Numbered from the stretch's first letter, positions 47,854 through 58,557 are shown. The stretch is 64,000 nt of DNA from an uncultured delta proteobacterium (GCA_963751515.1 CAVVUR010000008.1:140281-204280), one strand, 5' to 3'. The notes: generated by a model from the letters alone, not told the origin. Made by a program: numbers and translations.

Positions 47854-48413
47854 TCAACGCGTCAAGGCAAAGCGAAAAAAAAGGAACGCTCTTCTTCGAC
47901 CTGGAGACGCAGCACTCATTTGATGAGGTGGGCGGAATAAACTACGTGGAGCAGCTGCATGTTTCGGTCGCGGTCACCTACTCCTCATTGACCAACACCT
48001 TTAAAAGCTATACCGAACCCCAGGTCTTTTTCCTGATTGAGGACCTGTTCCAGGCTGAGACCGTCATCGGGTTCAACATCATCGATTTTGATTACCGTGT
48101 ACTCAAGCCCTATACCGCCAAGGATTTCACCCAACTGCACACCATTGACATGCTCGCGCACATAAAGGGAAAGCTCGGCCACCGGCTCAGCCTCAATGCC
48201 CTGGCCCAGGCCACCCTGGCCGCGGACAAGAGCGCCGATGGCCTGCAGGCCGTCACCTGGTACCGGGAAGGAAAGATCCAGGAGCTCATCTCTTATTGCA
48301 AGGATGATGTGGACCTGACCAGGAGGCTCTACGAATTCGGCAGGCAGAACGGCTTTCTCTTTTACAACGACCGGTTCTCGGGGGAGAAGAAAAAGGTGGC
48401 GGTGGACTGGTAA
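47850..48413 (+). CDS. RNase H-like fold protein, possible DEDDy 3'-5' exonuclease
   Basis: 'LFFDLETQ' Exo I-like DxE and 'YCKDDVDLTRRLY' Exo III-like Y-x3-D; weak. Confidence 0.4.
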   Translation: MINASRQSEKKGTLFFDLETQHSFDEVGGINYVEQLHVSVAVTYSSLTNTFKSYTEPQVFFLIEDLFQAETVIGFNIIDFDYRVLKPYTAKDFTQLHTIDMLAHIKGKLGHRLSLNALAQATLAADKSADGLQAVTWYREGKIQELISYCKDDVDLTRRLYEFGRQNGFLFYNDRFSGEKKKVAVDW

Positions 48414-48562
48414 TGCGCCTCTTCGGCATCGTTGGTGTCAAGCAATCATCGCGGGTGTTAAAAGCGGGAAGGTGCCGGCAGGTTGATGTGACGGGCTTTT
48501 TGTGTTAACCATTTCATGACCGTTGTTGCTGCTATCAATACAAACGGGAGCAGAGCAATACC

Positions 48563-49510
48563 ATGTCAAACATTAAAAAGATGACCCGGAGGGATTTCCT
48601 GAAAGCTTCAGCGCAAACAGGCCTCCTGCTTGCCGCCGGCGGCGGTGCAATTGCCGGGGCAGGTAAAGCATGGGCGATCGAGAGTTCATCGGCTCCCGAT
48701 CTGGCGGTAGTGACCGGCAGCCCGGAAAAGGCGGTGGCACGGGCCATCGAACTGCTGGGCGGCATGAAGCGTTTTGTCAAGCAGGGACAGCGGGTGGTCA
48801 TCAAACCGAACATGTCCTTTGCCAAAACGCCCGATGAGGCGGCCAACACCAGCCCCGCAGTTGTTGCCGCCGTGGCCGAGAGCTGTGTTGCCGCAGGCGC
48901 CAAAGATGTGCTCATTCTCGATCATACCATCCAGAAGGATACGCTCTGTCTGGAGCTTTCCGGCATAGCCAAATCCTGCGCCTCCCTTGAAAGGACCCAT
49001 GTGCTCGCGCTGAATGACGAGCGGTTCTATCAGTCAGTATCCATTCCCGGAGGCAAGGCGCTCACCACGGTAAAGGTCATGAAGGAGATCATGGAGTGCG
49101 ATGTCTTGATCAATCTGCCCGCTGCCAAATCACACAGCGCCACGGGGGTCAGTTTCGGCATGAAGGGACTGATGGGGGTAATCTGGGACCGGGGATATTT
49201 CCACTCACGGGTCGATTTGCATCAGGCCATAGCCGACCTGTGCTCGGTCGTCAAACCCACTGTAATCATTCTGGATGCTTCACGGGCGCTCCTGACCGGC
49301 GGACCATCGGGGCCGGGCACCATCGATCCCCTCAACACCATTGTCGCGGGAACGGATCCGGTGGCGGTCGACGCCTACGGGGTGCAGATGGCACCCTGGT
49401 ATAATAAGCAATTTGAAGTAAAGCACATAAAGCACATTGTGGCAGGCGAGCAGATGGGGCTGGGCACTGCCCGCCTGGATGGACTCCGGATTGCCAAGGT
49501 GCAGGCGTGA
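48563..49510 (+). CDS. Tat-signal DUF362-domain protein
   Basis: Twin-arginine 'MTRRDFLKASAQTGLLLAAGGGAIAGAGKAWA'; DUF362-like 'QRVVIKPNMSF...AAGAKDVLILDHT'. Confidence 0.65.
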   Translation: MSNIKKMTRRDFLKASAQTGLLLAAGGGAIAGAGKAWAIESSSAPDLAVVTGSPEKAVARAIELLGGMKRFVKQGQRVVIKPNMSFAKTPDEAANTSPAVVAAVAESCVAAGAKDVLILDHTIQKDTLCLELSGIAKSCASLERTHVLALNDERFYQSVSIPGGKALTTVKVMKEIMECDVLINLPAAKSHSATGVSFGMKGLMGVIWDRGYFHSRVDLHQAIADLCSVVKPTVIILDASRALLTGGPSGPGTIDPLNTIVAGTDPVAVDAYGVQMAPWYNKQFEVKHIKHIVAGEQMGLGTARLDGLRIAKVQA

Positions 49511-51069
49511 GAAGGATCATACAGCTTCTCTTTCTCGGTTTTTTCATCTATCTTTTTTTCTCCGCGCGCTATCCCCTTACCTCGTTCATTCCCGTTGACC
49601 TTTTTCTGAGAGCGGACCCCCTGGTCGCTCTCATCACCTCCATCTCCTCAAGAGCATTGGTGCCGCACCTGCTGCTCCCGGTCGCCCTGCTGCTGCTCAC
49701 CCTTGTCCTGGGCAGATTTTTTTGCGGCTACCTCTGTCCCCTGGGCACGGTGCTGGACCTCTCCGCAGGCCTGTTCTCCCGCGCCAGGGTAAGGTTTACC
49801 GAGCGTCTGAGGAACCTGAAGTTTTACCTCCTCATCGGGCTGGTTGCCGGGGCGCTGGCCGGCGCCAACCTGGTGTACTTTTTCGATCCCATAATCATCC
49901 TCACCCGGACGTGCACCATCCTTCTTTATCCGTTGACGGTGCTTTTTGCCAACCTGTCCCTGGATGTTCTGCGGCCGGTTGCAGGGCAGATGGGTTGGAT
50001 CAGGCTCACCTATCTCAGCCTTGATGAACCTCTCTTTTCCACCGCGATCATAACCGCCGTCATATTCACCGGAATCGTCATGCTCAACCTCATCACCCCC
50101 CGGTTCTGGTGCAGATACCTTTGCCCTCTCGGGGCTCTTCTGGGGTTGATCTCCCGCTTCGGCATTTTCAAGCGGGTGGTAAATAATCAGTGCAGTGGCT
50201 GCGCCAGATGTCAGGAGAAGTGCCCGATGGGGGCCATCACTGATGACCCGCGGACAGTAAAGGCAGCCGAGTGCCTGCAGTGCAGAACCTGCCGGTTTAT
50301 CTGTCCCACTGAAGCCATATCCTTCAAGGCCATTTATTCGCCCTTCCGTGAGGATGCCACGCTTTCGCTGGATATTCGCCGCCGGGGATTTCTCCTGGCT
50401 TGCACGAGCGGGCTGGCCGCGGGCTACCTCTTCACCCGCGATCCGCTCAGGCGATTACGTCCTGACACTCTCATTCGCCCTCCCGGCGCCCTTCCCGAGG
50501 AAGCGTTTCTCACCACCTGCATTCGCTGCGGCGCCTGCATGAAGGTATGCATAACCAACACACTTCAGCCCGGCCTTTTCGAGTGCGGGGTTGAGGGCCT
50601 GTTTACACCGAAGGCGCTGCTCCGGTACGCTGCCTGCGAGCAGACCTGCAATCTCTGCGGAAGGGTCTGCCCGACCCAGGCCATCCGCAACCTCGAGCTG
50701 GAAGAAAAGAAATACGCCAAAATGGGCACCGCGGTCATTCTCAAGGAAAAGTGCCTGGTCTGGGAACAGGACAAGCCATGCCTGATCTGCGATGAGCAGT
50801 GCCCGTACAACGCCATCGTCTTTAAAATGGTGGAGGGGTTTCGAAGGCCCTTCGTACTTGAGAACAAGTGCAACGGATGTGGATTCTGCGAGAACAAGTG
50901 CCCGGTAGAGGGAGGCGCTGCAATCGTGGTCACCCCGCTGGGAGAGGTACGGATTCCCGAGGGTTCCTACCGCGAGGCTGCGCTGGCAAGCGAGCTGACA
51001 CTTCAGGAAGACAAGGGGTACGACGATTTCATGCTTGAGGGGGAAAGCCCCGGACCTGGGGACAAATAA
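49507..51069 (+). CDS. NapH/MauN-type membrane polyferredoxin (multiple 4Fe-4S)
   Basis: TM helices with 'FFCGYLCPLG' and 'FWCRYLCPLG' plus six CxxCxxCxxxCP motifs (e.g. 'CSGCARCQEKCP','CNGCGFCENKCP'). Confidence 0.75.
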   Translation: MRRIIQLLFLGFFIYLFFSARYPLTSFIPVDLFLRADPLVALITSISSRALVPHLLLPVALLLLTLVLGRFFCGYLCPLGTVLDLSAGLFSRARVRFTERLRNLKFYLLIGLVAGALAGANLVYFFDPIIILTRTCTILLYPLTVLFANLSLDVLRPVAGQMGWIRLTYLSLDEPLFSTAIITAVIFTGIVMLNLITPRFWCRYLCPLGALLGLISRFGIFKRVVNNQCSGCARCQEKCPMGAITDDPRTVKAAECLQCRTCRFICPTEAISFKAIYSPFREDATLSLDIRRRGFLLACTSGLAAGYLFTRDPLRRLRPDTLIRPPGALPEEAFLTTCIRCGACMKVCITNTLQPGLFECGVEGLFTPKALLRYAACEQTCNLCGRVCPTQAIRNLELEEKKYAKMGTAVILKEKCLVWEQDKPCLICDEQCPYNAIVFKMVEGFRRPFVLENKCNGCGFCENKCPVEGGAAIVVTPLGEVRIPEGSYREAALASELTLQEDKGYDDFMLEGESPGPGDK

Positions 51070-51086
51070 ACTATCCCGCAAAAGGA

Positions 51087-51467
51087 TTACTGCTGGATGT
51101 TCATGCTGAGCGTCGGGCCCACAACCGGTTCATCCCGCCCGACAAATTCCAGGCATCTTTCCCCGGTCAGCACCCGGGGAGAAACAATCCAATCTCCGTT
51201 CACCGCCTGCGTGCCGATGGTGGTCCCGTAATCCTGGGCGTAACCGAGGGTAGAGATGTTAAGGTACCCGGCCACCAGACTCCCGGTTAAGGCATAGGCC
51301 ATTTTTGCCACAAAGTAGGGCACGCTTACAATTGCTGATGTCGTAGCCAGGCAGCACTGCGACGTCGGCGAGCGCTCATCAAAGGTTTTGTTTTCAGCCT
51401 GCACAGGCCAGCTCAACAGCAGGAGTGAAACCGCCAGGACCGCTATCACCACTTTTAAACCCTTCAT
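51087..51467 (-). CDS. secreted hypothetical protein
   Basis: Signal peptide 'MKGLKVVIAVLAVSLLLLSWPVQA'. Confidence 0.4.
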   Translation of the reverse strand: MKGLKVVIAVLAVSLLLLSWPVQAENKTFDERSPTSQCCLATTSAIVSVPYFVAKMAYALTGSLVAGYLNISTLGYAQDYGTTIGTQAVNGDWIVSPRVLTGERCLEFVGRDEPVVGPTLSMNIQQ

Positions 51468-51819
51468 AGCAGACTCCTCAGGAAATTGATGGACATCACA
51501 TCCGTTTTGACGCCCCGAGCAGTACCTCATGCCAGGGCGAAACCGCCACTCGTTTCACTGATCACGAGACATAACTATACTACACGCTACACACGGAAGT
51601 AGTCAACTGCTATTATTGCGGCAGCACTTGAAAAATGGGACCAGGCAGCCTCAGGCCTCCCGGTTTTATGCTTGACAACAATAAAATATATGCTACTTAC
51701 TTACCTACCACGGGCAGGAAGAATGGGGGGCCACGCTCTGTCGTGGCCGCACGTTATAACCGGCCGCAACGAATTGCGTCCCTCCACACAATCTATTCTC
51801 GTTTCACACATACCCCATT

Positions 51820-54611
51820 ATGAACTACAAGGACACCCTCAATTTACCCCGCACTGATTTTCCCATGAAGGCCAACCTGGCACAGCGGGAACCGGAAATC
51901 CTCAAGGCATGGGAGAACAAGGACCTGTACGCAAAAATCCAGGCTGCCTCCCGGGGGCGGGAAAAGTTTGTGCTTCATGACGGACCGCCGTACGCCAACG
52001 GCCACATTCACCTCGGCACGGCGCTGAACAAGATCCTGAAGGACATCATCATCAAGTCCAAGACCATGGCGGGCTTTTCCTGCACCTATCGGCCGGGCTG
52101 GGACTGTCACGGACTTCCCATCGAACACCAGGTGGATAAGGAACTCGGCGAACGCAGGAAGTCGGTGTCCATCCTGGAAAAGAGGCAGCTCTGCCGCGCC
52201 TATGCCCACAAATTCATAGACATTCAGCGCGGAGAATTCAAGCGCCTCGGCGTTTTCGGAGAATGGGACCGCCCCTATCTCACCATGGATAAAAGCTATA
52301 CAGCGACCATCATCAGGGAATTCGGCAAATTCGTCGCTGCCGGCAGCGTGTACAAGCGGAAAAAGCCCATCCAGTGGTGCGCCTCCTGCAAAACCGCCCT
52401 GGCGGAGGCCGAAGTGGAATATCAGGACGAATCCTCCCCCTCCGTTTACGTCAAGTTCCTGCTGGTTTCCGATGCCGCACCGAAGCTTCCGGCCCTCAAG
52501 GGGAAAAAGGTTTTCGTGGTCATCTGGACAACCACTCCCTGGACCATCCCCGCCAATCTCGCCATTAGTCTCCATCCCGAATTTACCTACGCCGCGGTAG
52601 AGGTGGGAAATGAAGTCTACGTCATTGCCGAAGGCCTGCTGCTGAGAACGCTTGCGGCGCTGGACATCGACCGCTATCAGATTCTCGGCACCTTCCCCGG
52701 GTCACAGCTCGAGGGATTTGTCTGCCGCCATCCCTTCATCGAAAGGGATTCCCTCCTCATCACCGGTACCCACGTTACCCTGGAGGCCGGTACCGGCTGC
52801 GTGCACACCGCGCCGGGACACGGGCAGGAAGACTACGAGATGGGGCTCAAGTACAACCTGGATATTTACGCCCCGGTTGACGATGACGGCAAGTTTACCG
52901 CGGATGTGGATTTCTTTGCCGGGCAGTTTGTGTTTTCAGCCAACAAGGCGGTCATCGAAAAGCTCAAAGCGGTTAACGCGCTGCTGAAGGAGGAAAAGTT
53001 CTCCCACTCCTATCCACACTGCTGGCGCTGTAAGAACCCCATCGTCTTCCGGGCCACCGAACAGTGGTTTATATCCCTGGAGGGGAGCCGGCTGAGGGAG
53101 CGGGCACTGAAGGCCATCATGGACGTGCAGTGGATCCCGCCCTGGGGCCGGGAACGGATCTACCTCATGGTCGAACACCGCCCCGACTGGTGCATCTCCC
53201 GTCAGCGCTCCTGGGGTGTTCCCATCCCGGTCTTCTACTGCAGGCAGTGCGGCCATATGCTCATGAGCCAGGAGATTATCAATGGCGTGGCCGACCGCTT
53301 CGAGGGGGAAGGGGCTGACACCTGGTTCGCCGAAGAAGCGGCCAACCTGCTGCCCCCCGGCACCGGCTGTCCCGCGTGCGGCGCCCGGGACTTCGAAAAG
53401 GAACACGACATACTTGATGTCTGGTTTGATTCGGGTGTAAGCTTCGCGGCCGTGCTCGAAACAACAGAGGGCCTGGCATTTCCCGCCGACATGTACCTGG
53501 AGGGAAGCGACCAGCACCGGGGCTGGTTCCACAGCGCCCTGCTCACCTCGGTGGAGACGAGAAACCGCGCGCCCTACAAGTCGGTTCTGACCCACGGCTT
53601 TGTCGTCGACGGCAAGGGTGAAAAGATGGCCAAGTCCAAGCAGAACGTGATCGCCCCCGAAGAGGTGATCAAAAGCTACGGGGTCGAGGTGCTCCGGCTG
53701 TGGGTGGCCTCAGAGGACTACCGCGAGGACATCACCATCTCGGATGAAATTCTCAAGCGCCTCTCCGAATCCTACCGCAAGATCAGGAACACCTGCCGGT
53801 TCCTGCTGGGCAACCTCCATGACTTCAAGCCCGAAGAGGCCGTGGGTTATGAGGGGCTGGCGGAGATTGACCGGTGGGCGCTCCACCGGCTTTATCAGCT
53901 CGCCGGCAAGGTAACCGCCGCCTACGCCGCCTGCGAGTTTCACACCATCTACCATCTGCTGCACAATTTCTGCGTCACCGACTTAAGTGCGGTCTACCTG
54001 GATATTTTAAAGGATAACCTCTACTGCTCCCTGCCGGAAGGTGGCTCGCGAAAGGCAAGCCAGACCGTCTTTCACACCATTCTCACCACGCTTATCAAGC
54101 TTATGGCGCCCCTCCTGCCCTTTACCGCCGACGAGATGTGGGGCTACCTCCCCCCGACCGGTCGCGGGAAGAGAGCGTTCATCTTTCCCGCTTCCCCGGG
54201 CTCGATGCCCAGTATGTGGCGGACGAGCTCCACGAAAAGTGGCAGCTGCTCTTTCAGGTGCGCAACCGGGGGCTGAAAGTGCTGGAGGAAAAGCGCGCGG
54301 AAAAGCTTTTGGGAAACTCACTGGAGGCGGAAGTCATACTCGAGGCCCCTGAACGGCTGTTCAACCTGCTCAGCGATAATCAATCGGTACTGGAAGATCT
54401 CTTCATTGTCTCACGCGTCACCCTGCGCAGGGCGCCGGAAGGACAGGAGCTGACGCCCGAGGCTGCCCTGGATAAGCTCCAGGTATCCGTGGCGAGGACA
54501 TCCGCCGGCAAGTGTGAGCGCTGCTGGAAATACAGCGAAACGGTGGGGGAATCCCCGGACCATCCCTCCATCTGCCGCCGGTGCGCCCGGGTCATACAAC
54601 ACCAACAGTAA
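51820..54611 (+). CDS. ileS: isoleucyl-tRNA synthetase (one apparent 1-bp deletion at ~54175 splits the frame)
   Basis: '[23 protein letters not shown]' HIGH, 'KMAKSKQN' KMSKS, C-terminal Zn 'CERCW...CRRC'; frame restored by adding one base in 'CGCGGG|AAGAGAGC'. Confidence 0.9.
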
Positions 54612-54617
54612 CCCACC

Positions 54618-55115
54618 ATGCCCACAAGGCCCACTCATAAATATCTCATCGCCGGCATTATAGCTCTCGCGGTGGTCATTCTTGACCAGTACACCAAATA
54701 CCTCATCGCCCAGCACATTCCGCTTCACCACTCGCTGGAGATCATCGGACAGTACCTTACCATCCTGCACACCAGAAACAAGGGCATAGCCTTCGGTATC
54801 TTTTCCGGGCAGGTAAGCACCCTTCAAACCGTTCTGCTCATCCTTACCTCCCTTGCTGCGATTGGCTTTATTTTTTATCTCCTGAGCGGACTCGGGACGC
54901 GGTGCCTCTATGCCACCATTACCCTTGCCCTCATTCTCGGGGGTGCCATCGGCAACCTGATCGACCGGATCCGGTGGGGGGAGGTGATCGATTTTATCGA
55001 CCTCCACTGGCACGGCTACCACTGGCCGGCCTTTAACTGCGCCGATTCGGCAATTTCCGTCGGCATGGTATTGCTGGTCATGGGGATGTTCACCAAAAAG
55101 TTTCCGCTCCGCTGA
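54618..55115 (+). CDS. lspA: lipoprotein signal peptidase II
   Basis: Classic ileS-lspA synteny; LspA TM pattern and 'NKGIAFG', 'IDFIDLHW' motifs. Confidence 0.9.
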   Translation: MPTRPTHKYLIAGIIALAVVILDQYTKYLIAQHIPLHHSLEIIGQYLTILHTRNKGIAFGIFSGQVSTLQTVLLILTSLAAIGFIFYLLSGLGTRCLYATITLALILGGAIGNLIDRIRWGEVIDFIDLHWHGYHWPAFNCADSAISVGMVLLVMGMFTKKFPLR

Positions 55116-55146
55116 CGCATACATGCCCGCTGCAATGTGAGACACC

Positions 55147-55956
55147 ATGTATCCTGACCTGGTAAGCATTGGGAATTTTACCCTCCATACCTACGGCCTC
55201 TGCATAGCGCTGGGCGCCCTGCTGGGCATCCTGTTCGTATCCCGCCGGACACAGAGGGAGGGATTGAATCAGCAGCTTCTTCTGGACCTGGTGTTCTATC
55301 TGCTCATCGCCGCCATTGTCGGGTCTCGTGTATTTTACATAATCTTGAATCCCGGCTACTACCTGCGGCATCCGCTGGAAACGCTGATGATCTGGCGGGG
55401 AGGGCTGGTGTTTTACGGGGGGTTTCTTTTTGCGTTTCCCACCTGCTATCTCTACCTGAAAAAGCACGGACTCCCTTTTCTCAAAACATGCGATATCCTT
55501 GCACCGGGGCTTGCCCTCGGAGAATCCCTGGGCAGAATCGGCTGCTTCTTTGCCGGCTGCTGCTACGGCACGCCCACCGACCTTCCTTGGGGAGTGACCT
55601 TCACCCATCCCAACAGCCTGGCGCGGCTGGGCGTTTCCCTTCACCCCACCCAGCTCTACGCATCAGTACAGGCCATGGTGATGTTCATCATTCTGGTGAG
55701 TTGCCGGCGGTTTAAGCGCGCAGACGGGCAGATCGTCTTTCTCTACATCCTGCTGTACGCCCTGGGGCGCCTGATCACTGAAAACTTCAGGGGAGATGAG
55801 CGGGGAATGCTCGTCGGGGGATACCTGACCCTCACCCAGACCATTGCCATGGTGCTTATTCCCGTCGCCATCGGCATGATCATCTACCTGGGCAGGAGAA
55901 ACACTCCATCCCGGCAATCGCATACCCGTCAAACCAAAAGGGCAGACCGGCTATGA
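55147..55956 (+). CDS. lgt: prolipoprotein diacylglyceryl transferase
   Basis: 'IWRGGLVFYGGFLFAFP', 'RIGCFFAGCCYGTPTDLPWGVTF' Lgt signature. Confidence 0.9.
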   Translation: MYPDLVSIGNFTLHTYGLCIALGALLGILFVSRRTQREGLNQQLLLDLVFYLLIAAIVGSRVFYIILNPGYYLRHPLETLMIWRGGLVFYGGFLFAFPTCYLYLKKHGLPFLKTCDILAPGLALGESLGRIGCFFAGCCYGTPTDLPWGVTFTHPNSLARLGVSLHPTQLYASVQAMVMFIILVSCRRFKRADGQIVFLYILLYALGRLITENFRGDERGMLVGGYLTLTQTIAMVLIPVAIGMIIYLGRRNTPSRQSHTRQTKRADRL

Positions 55957-56474
55957 CGACTCGAATCATTATTGACGGCTATAATCTCATCAGGCAATCT
56001 CCCGCCCTTCGTCAATATGATTATGAAGACGTCGCCCGGGGCAGAGAAAAGCTCATCGCCATGCTCTCTTCCTACCGCGCCATCAAGCCGTCCCCCATGA
56101 CGGTGGTATTTGACGGGTGGGAAGCGGGAGAACTTTCGGAGCGTCACTTCCGGGAAAAGGGGATAGACGTCATTTACTCCAGGAGGGGTGAGAAGGCGGA
56201 CGAGGTAATGAAACGGCTGGTTTCCCAATCGCGTGATGCGCTGATCGTTGTCACCTCGGACAGCGAAATAGCCCATTTCTGCAGGGGGAGGCGGTGCGAA
56301 GTCATCCCCTCGCCGCTCTTTGAAGAAAAAGTCGCATTTGCAGGGTATGCCGCTCAAAAAGGCTGCCTGGAAAACGAAGAGACCCTCCCTCCCCGCAGCA
56401 CCAGGAAAAAAGGGCCCGCAAAAAAACTTCCCAAAGCGAAGAGACGGCAGCTGGAATGTCTTAAAAAGCTGTAA
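55953..56474 (+). CDS. NYN-domain (YacP/Rae1-like) predicted ribonuclease
   Basis: 'IIIDGYNLIRQ' and 'LIVVTSDSEI' PIN/NYN acidic residues. Confidence 0.7.
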   Translation: MTTRIIIDGYNLIRQSPALRQYDYEDVARGREKLIAMLSSYRAIKPSPMTVVFDGWEAGELSERHFREKGIDVIYSRRGEKADEVMKRLVSQSRDALIVVTSDSEIAHFCRGRRCEVIPSPLFEEKVAFAGYAAQKGCLENEETLPPRSTRKKGPAKKLPKAKRRQLECLKKL

Positions 56475-56507
56475 TGATCTTCCTCGTAAAAGGCATCGCC
56501 GTTATCC

Positions 56508-57104
56508 TCAGCCACCTCGCATCTTCTTCTCCGACCCCGCGCGCAGCCGTTGGATATTATCCTTGTGCCGGTAAAAAATGAGGCAGGCTGTGGCCAGGCT
56601 GAGGATGACCAACGGCAATGAATAACCGGCAGCGCCGAGCAGGAACGGCATCGCCAGCGAGGCAGTGAGCGACCCGAGAGAAACATATTTCCACTTCAGC
56701 ACCACCCCCAGGAACAGTGCCGCCGCGCAGGCAACCATGGCCGGGGAAATGACTAAAAAAACCCCCAGGGCAGTCGCGACACCCTTGCCCCCGCGGAATG
56801 TAAGAAAGACCGGGAACAGGTGACCGCAGAAGGTAAAGAAAGCAACCCATGCGACGCCCGCATCGTGGGCCAGAAGCGTGCGCGCCGCCAGGACGGGCAG
56901 AACACCCTTGAGCACGTCCCCGAGAAGCGTCAGCACACCAAGCTTCAACCCCAGCACGCGATACACATTGGTTGCCCCGATGTTGCCGCTCCCCTCAGCA
57001 CGGATATCCCTGGCGCTGAAAAGCCGCGATAAAACCACCCCGGTGGGAATGGAGCCCGCGAGATACCCCGCGACAATCAGCAGTATGGTTTCAATTGTGA
57101 TCAA
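56508..57104 (-). CDS. plsY: glycerol-3-phosphate acyltransferase PlsY
   Basis: 'GSGNIGATNVYR' PlsY signature. Confidence 0.9.
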   Translation of the reverse strand: MITIETILLIVAGYLAGSIPTGVVLSRLFSARDIRAEGSGNIGATNVYRVLGLKLGVLTLLGDVLKGVLPVLAARTLLAHDAGVAWVAFFTFCGHLFPVFLTFRGGKGVATALGVFLVISPAMVACAAALFLGVVLKWKYVSLGSLTASLAMPFLLGAAGYSLPLVILSLATACLIFYRHKDNIQRLRAGSEKKMRGG

Positions 57105-57250
57105 TCATCTGCTCCCATGCCTAAACGGAACGCTTTACTGTACAGCAGTTACCCATGCTTATAGCATAAATGCCGATTCCCTTACAACTCACTTTTGGAT
57201 TTTCGTGTCCGCAGGAATGACCTGTGTAACACGAAAATAGATGTAGGCTG

Positions 57251-57384
57251 CCCCCTCACCCCATCCCTCTCCCCAAAGGGGCGAGGGGGTAGATAATACT
57301 TTTATCTTCTTGTTACGGCGAGCAGCAAACCTTTGATCCCCTCTCCCCGCTGGGGAGAGGGTTAGGGTGAGGGGACATCATGTA
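57251..57384. repeat. nested GC-rich palindromic element in plsY/rsmI divergent intergenic region
   Basis: CCCCCTCACCCC..GGGGCGAGGGGG hairpin, AT-rich 55-bp spacer, CCCCTCTCCCC-GCT-GGGGAGAGGG perfect palindrome, terminal GGGTGAGGGG complementary to first arm. Confidence 0.5.
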
Positions 57385-57469
57385 AATACGGTTGCCTTAA
57401 AATACATTTGATAAAAGGTTGATAAGATGGTAGTGCATTAAGCCGGGTCAGAAAGAGGAATAAAACATC

Positions 57470-58222
57470 ATGCATACTGGAACGAAACAGGACGCATCCG
57501 GGCGGAACACCGGCACCCTCTACCTCGTGGCCACACCGATAGGCAACCTGGAGGACATAACCCTGCGTGCCGTCAGAACACTCAAAGAAGTGGACCTGAT
57601 CGCGGCCGAAGACACCCGCCGGGCGCGAACGCTGCTGGTTCACTACGGGATAAGCACACCCCTTACCAGTTACTTTGCTCACAGCAGCATCAGGAAAACG
57701 GGCGCGCTCCTGGCACAGCTCGAGGAAGGTAAAAATATTGCCCTCATCTCCGAGGCCGGCACCCCTTCCATATCCGACCCCGGCTATATCCTCACCAGGC
57801 TTGCCATCGATCGGCGGATACCGGTGCTCCCCATTCCCGGCCCCGCGGCACTGATTGCCGCCCTGTCCGTTTCCGGCCTGCCTACCAGAAGCTTCATCTT
57901 TGAGGGGTTTCTTCCCCGCAAAGCGGGCAGGCGAAAAAATCTCTTTCTTGCCCTGCGCGATCAGCATCGCACCTTTATATTTTACGAATCGCCGCGCAGG
58001 CTCATGGCAACTCTTGAAGACCTTCGTGCCGTTCTGGGGGAAAACCGGCAGATGGTTGTCGCCCGGGAAATGACCAAGCTGTACGAAGAGGTGATCCGCG
58101 GTACCATTGCTGAAGTGATGGCCACCCTGGGGGATAAAAGCATCAAAGGCGAAGTCACTATCGTGGTATCGGGAGACACGCCGGAGGAAAGCAGCTACAT
58201 TGACAGCCCTGACAGGATATGA
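57470..58222 (+). CDS. rsmI: 16S rRNA (cytidine1402-2'-O)-methyltransferase
   Basis: 'LYLVATPIGNLEDITLRAVRTLKEVDLIAAEDTRR' RsmI N-terminus; GAAAGAGGAA RBS. Confidence 0.9.
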   Translation: MHTGTKQDASGRNTGTLYLVATPIGNLEDITLRAVRTLKEVDLIAAEDTRRARTLLVHYGISTPLTSYFAHSSIRKTGALLAQLEEGKNIALISEAGTPSISDPGYILTRLAIDRRIPVLPIPGPAALIAALSVSGLPTRSFIFEGFLPRKAGRRKNLFLALRDQHRTFIFYESPRRLMATLEDLRAVLGENRQMVVAREMTKLYEEVIRGTIAEVMATLGDKSIKGEVTIVVSGDTPEESSYIDSPDRI

Positions 58223-58245
58223 TACAAGGTGATCAAAATTCGGGC

Positions 58246-58557
58246 ATGGACGAGGTGATCAGCAGGCAATTTATAATTGCCAATGAACTCGGGCTTCATC
58301 TGAGGCCGGCCGGATTACTGGTAAAAACGGCCAATCAATACAAGGCCGCCATCACCATTGAAAAGGATGGCGTGGAGGCTGACGGCAAGAGCATCATTCA
58401 AATCGCCACTCTCAACGCGGCACACAACTCCACCATTACCATCAAGACCTGCGGCCCCGATGCCTGCCGGGCAATGGAGGCACTGGGGAATCTCATCTTG
58501 AACAACTTCGGGGAACCGCACAGCGATGGAAACAGCCCAGAAGAACCTCTTGCTTAA
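58246..58557 (+). CDS. ptsH: phosphocarrier protein HPr
   Basis: 'ANELGLHLRPAGLLV' active-site His region; size ~100 aa; precedes ptsI. Confidence 0.8.
   Translation: MDEVISRQFIIANELGLHLRPAGLLVKTANQYKAAITIEKDGVEADGKSIIQIATLNAAHNSTITIKTCGPDACRAMEALGNLILNNFGEPHSDGNSPEEPLA

Noticed and set aside
51540-51819. Possible T-box or attenuator leader upstream of ileS (hairpin GGCCACG-ctctgt-CGTGGCC at ~51728)
   Set aside because: I could not find the T-box consensus (AGGGTGGNACCGCG) or a specifier-loop arrangement. Only a generic hairpin is visible.
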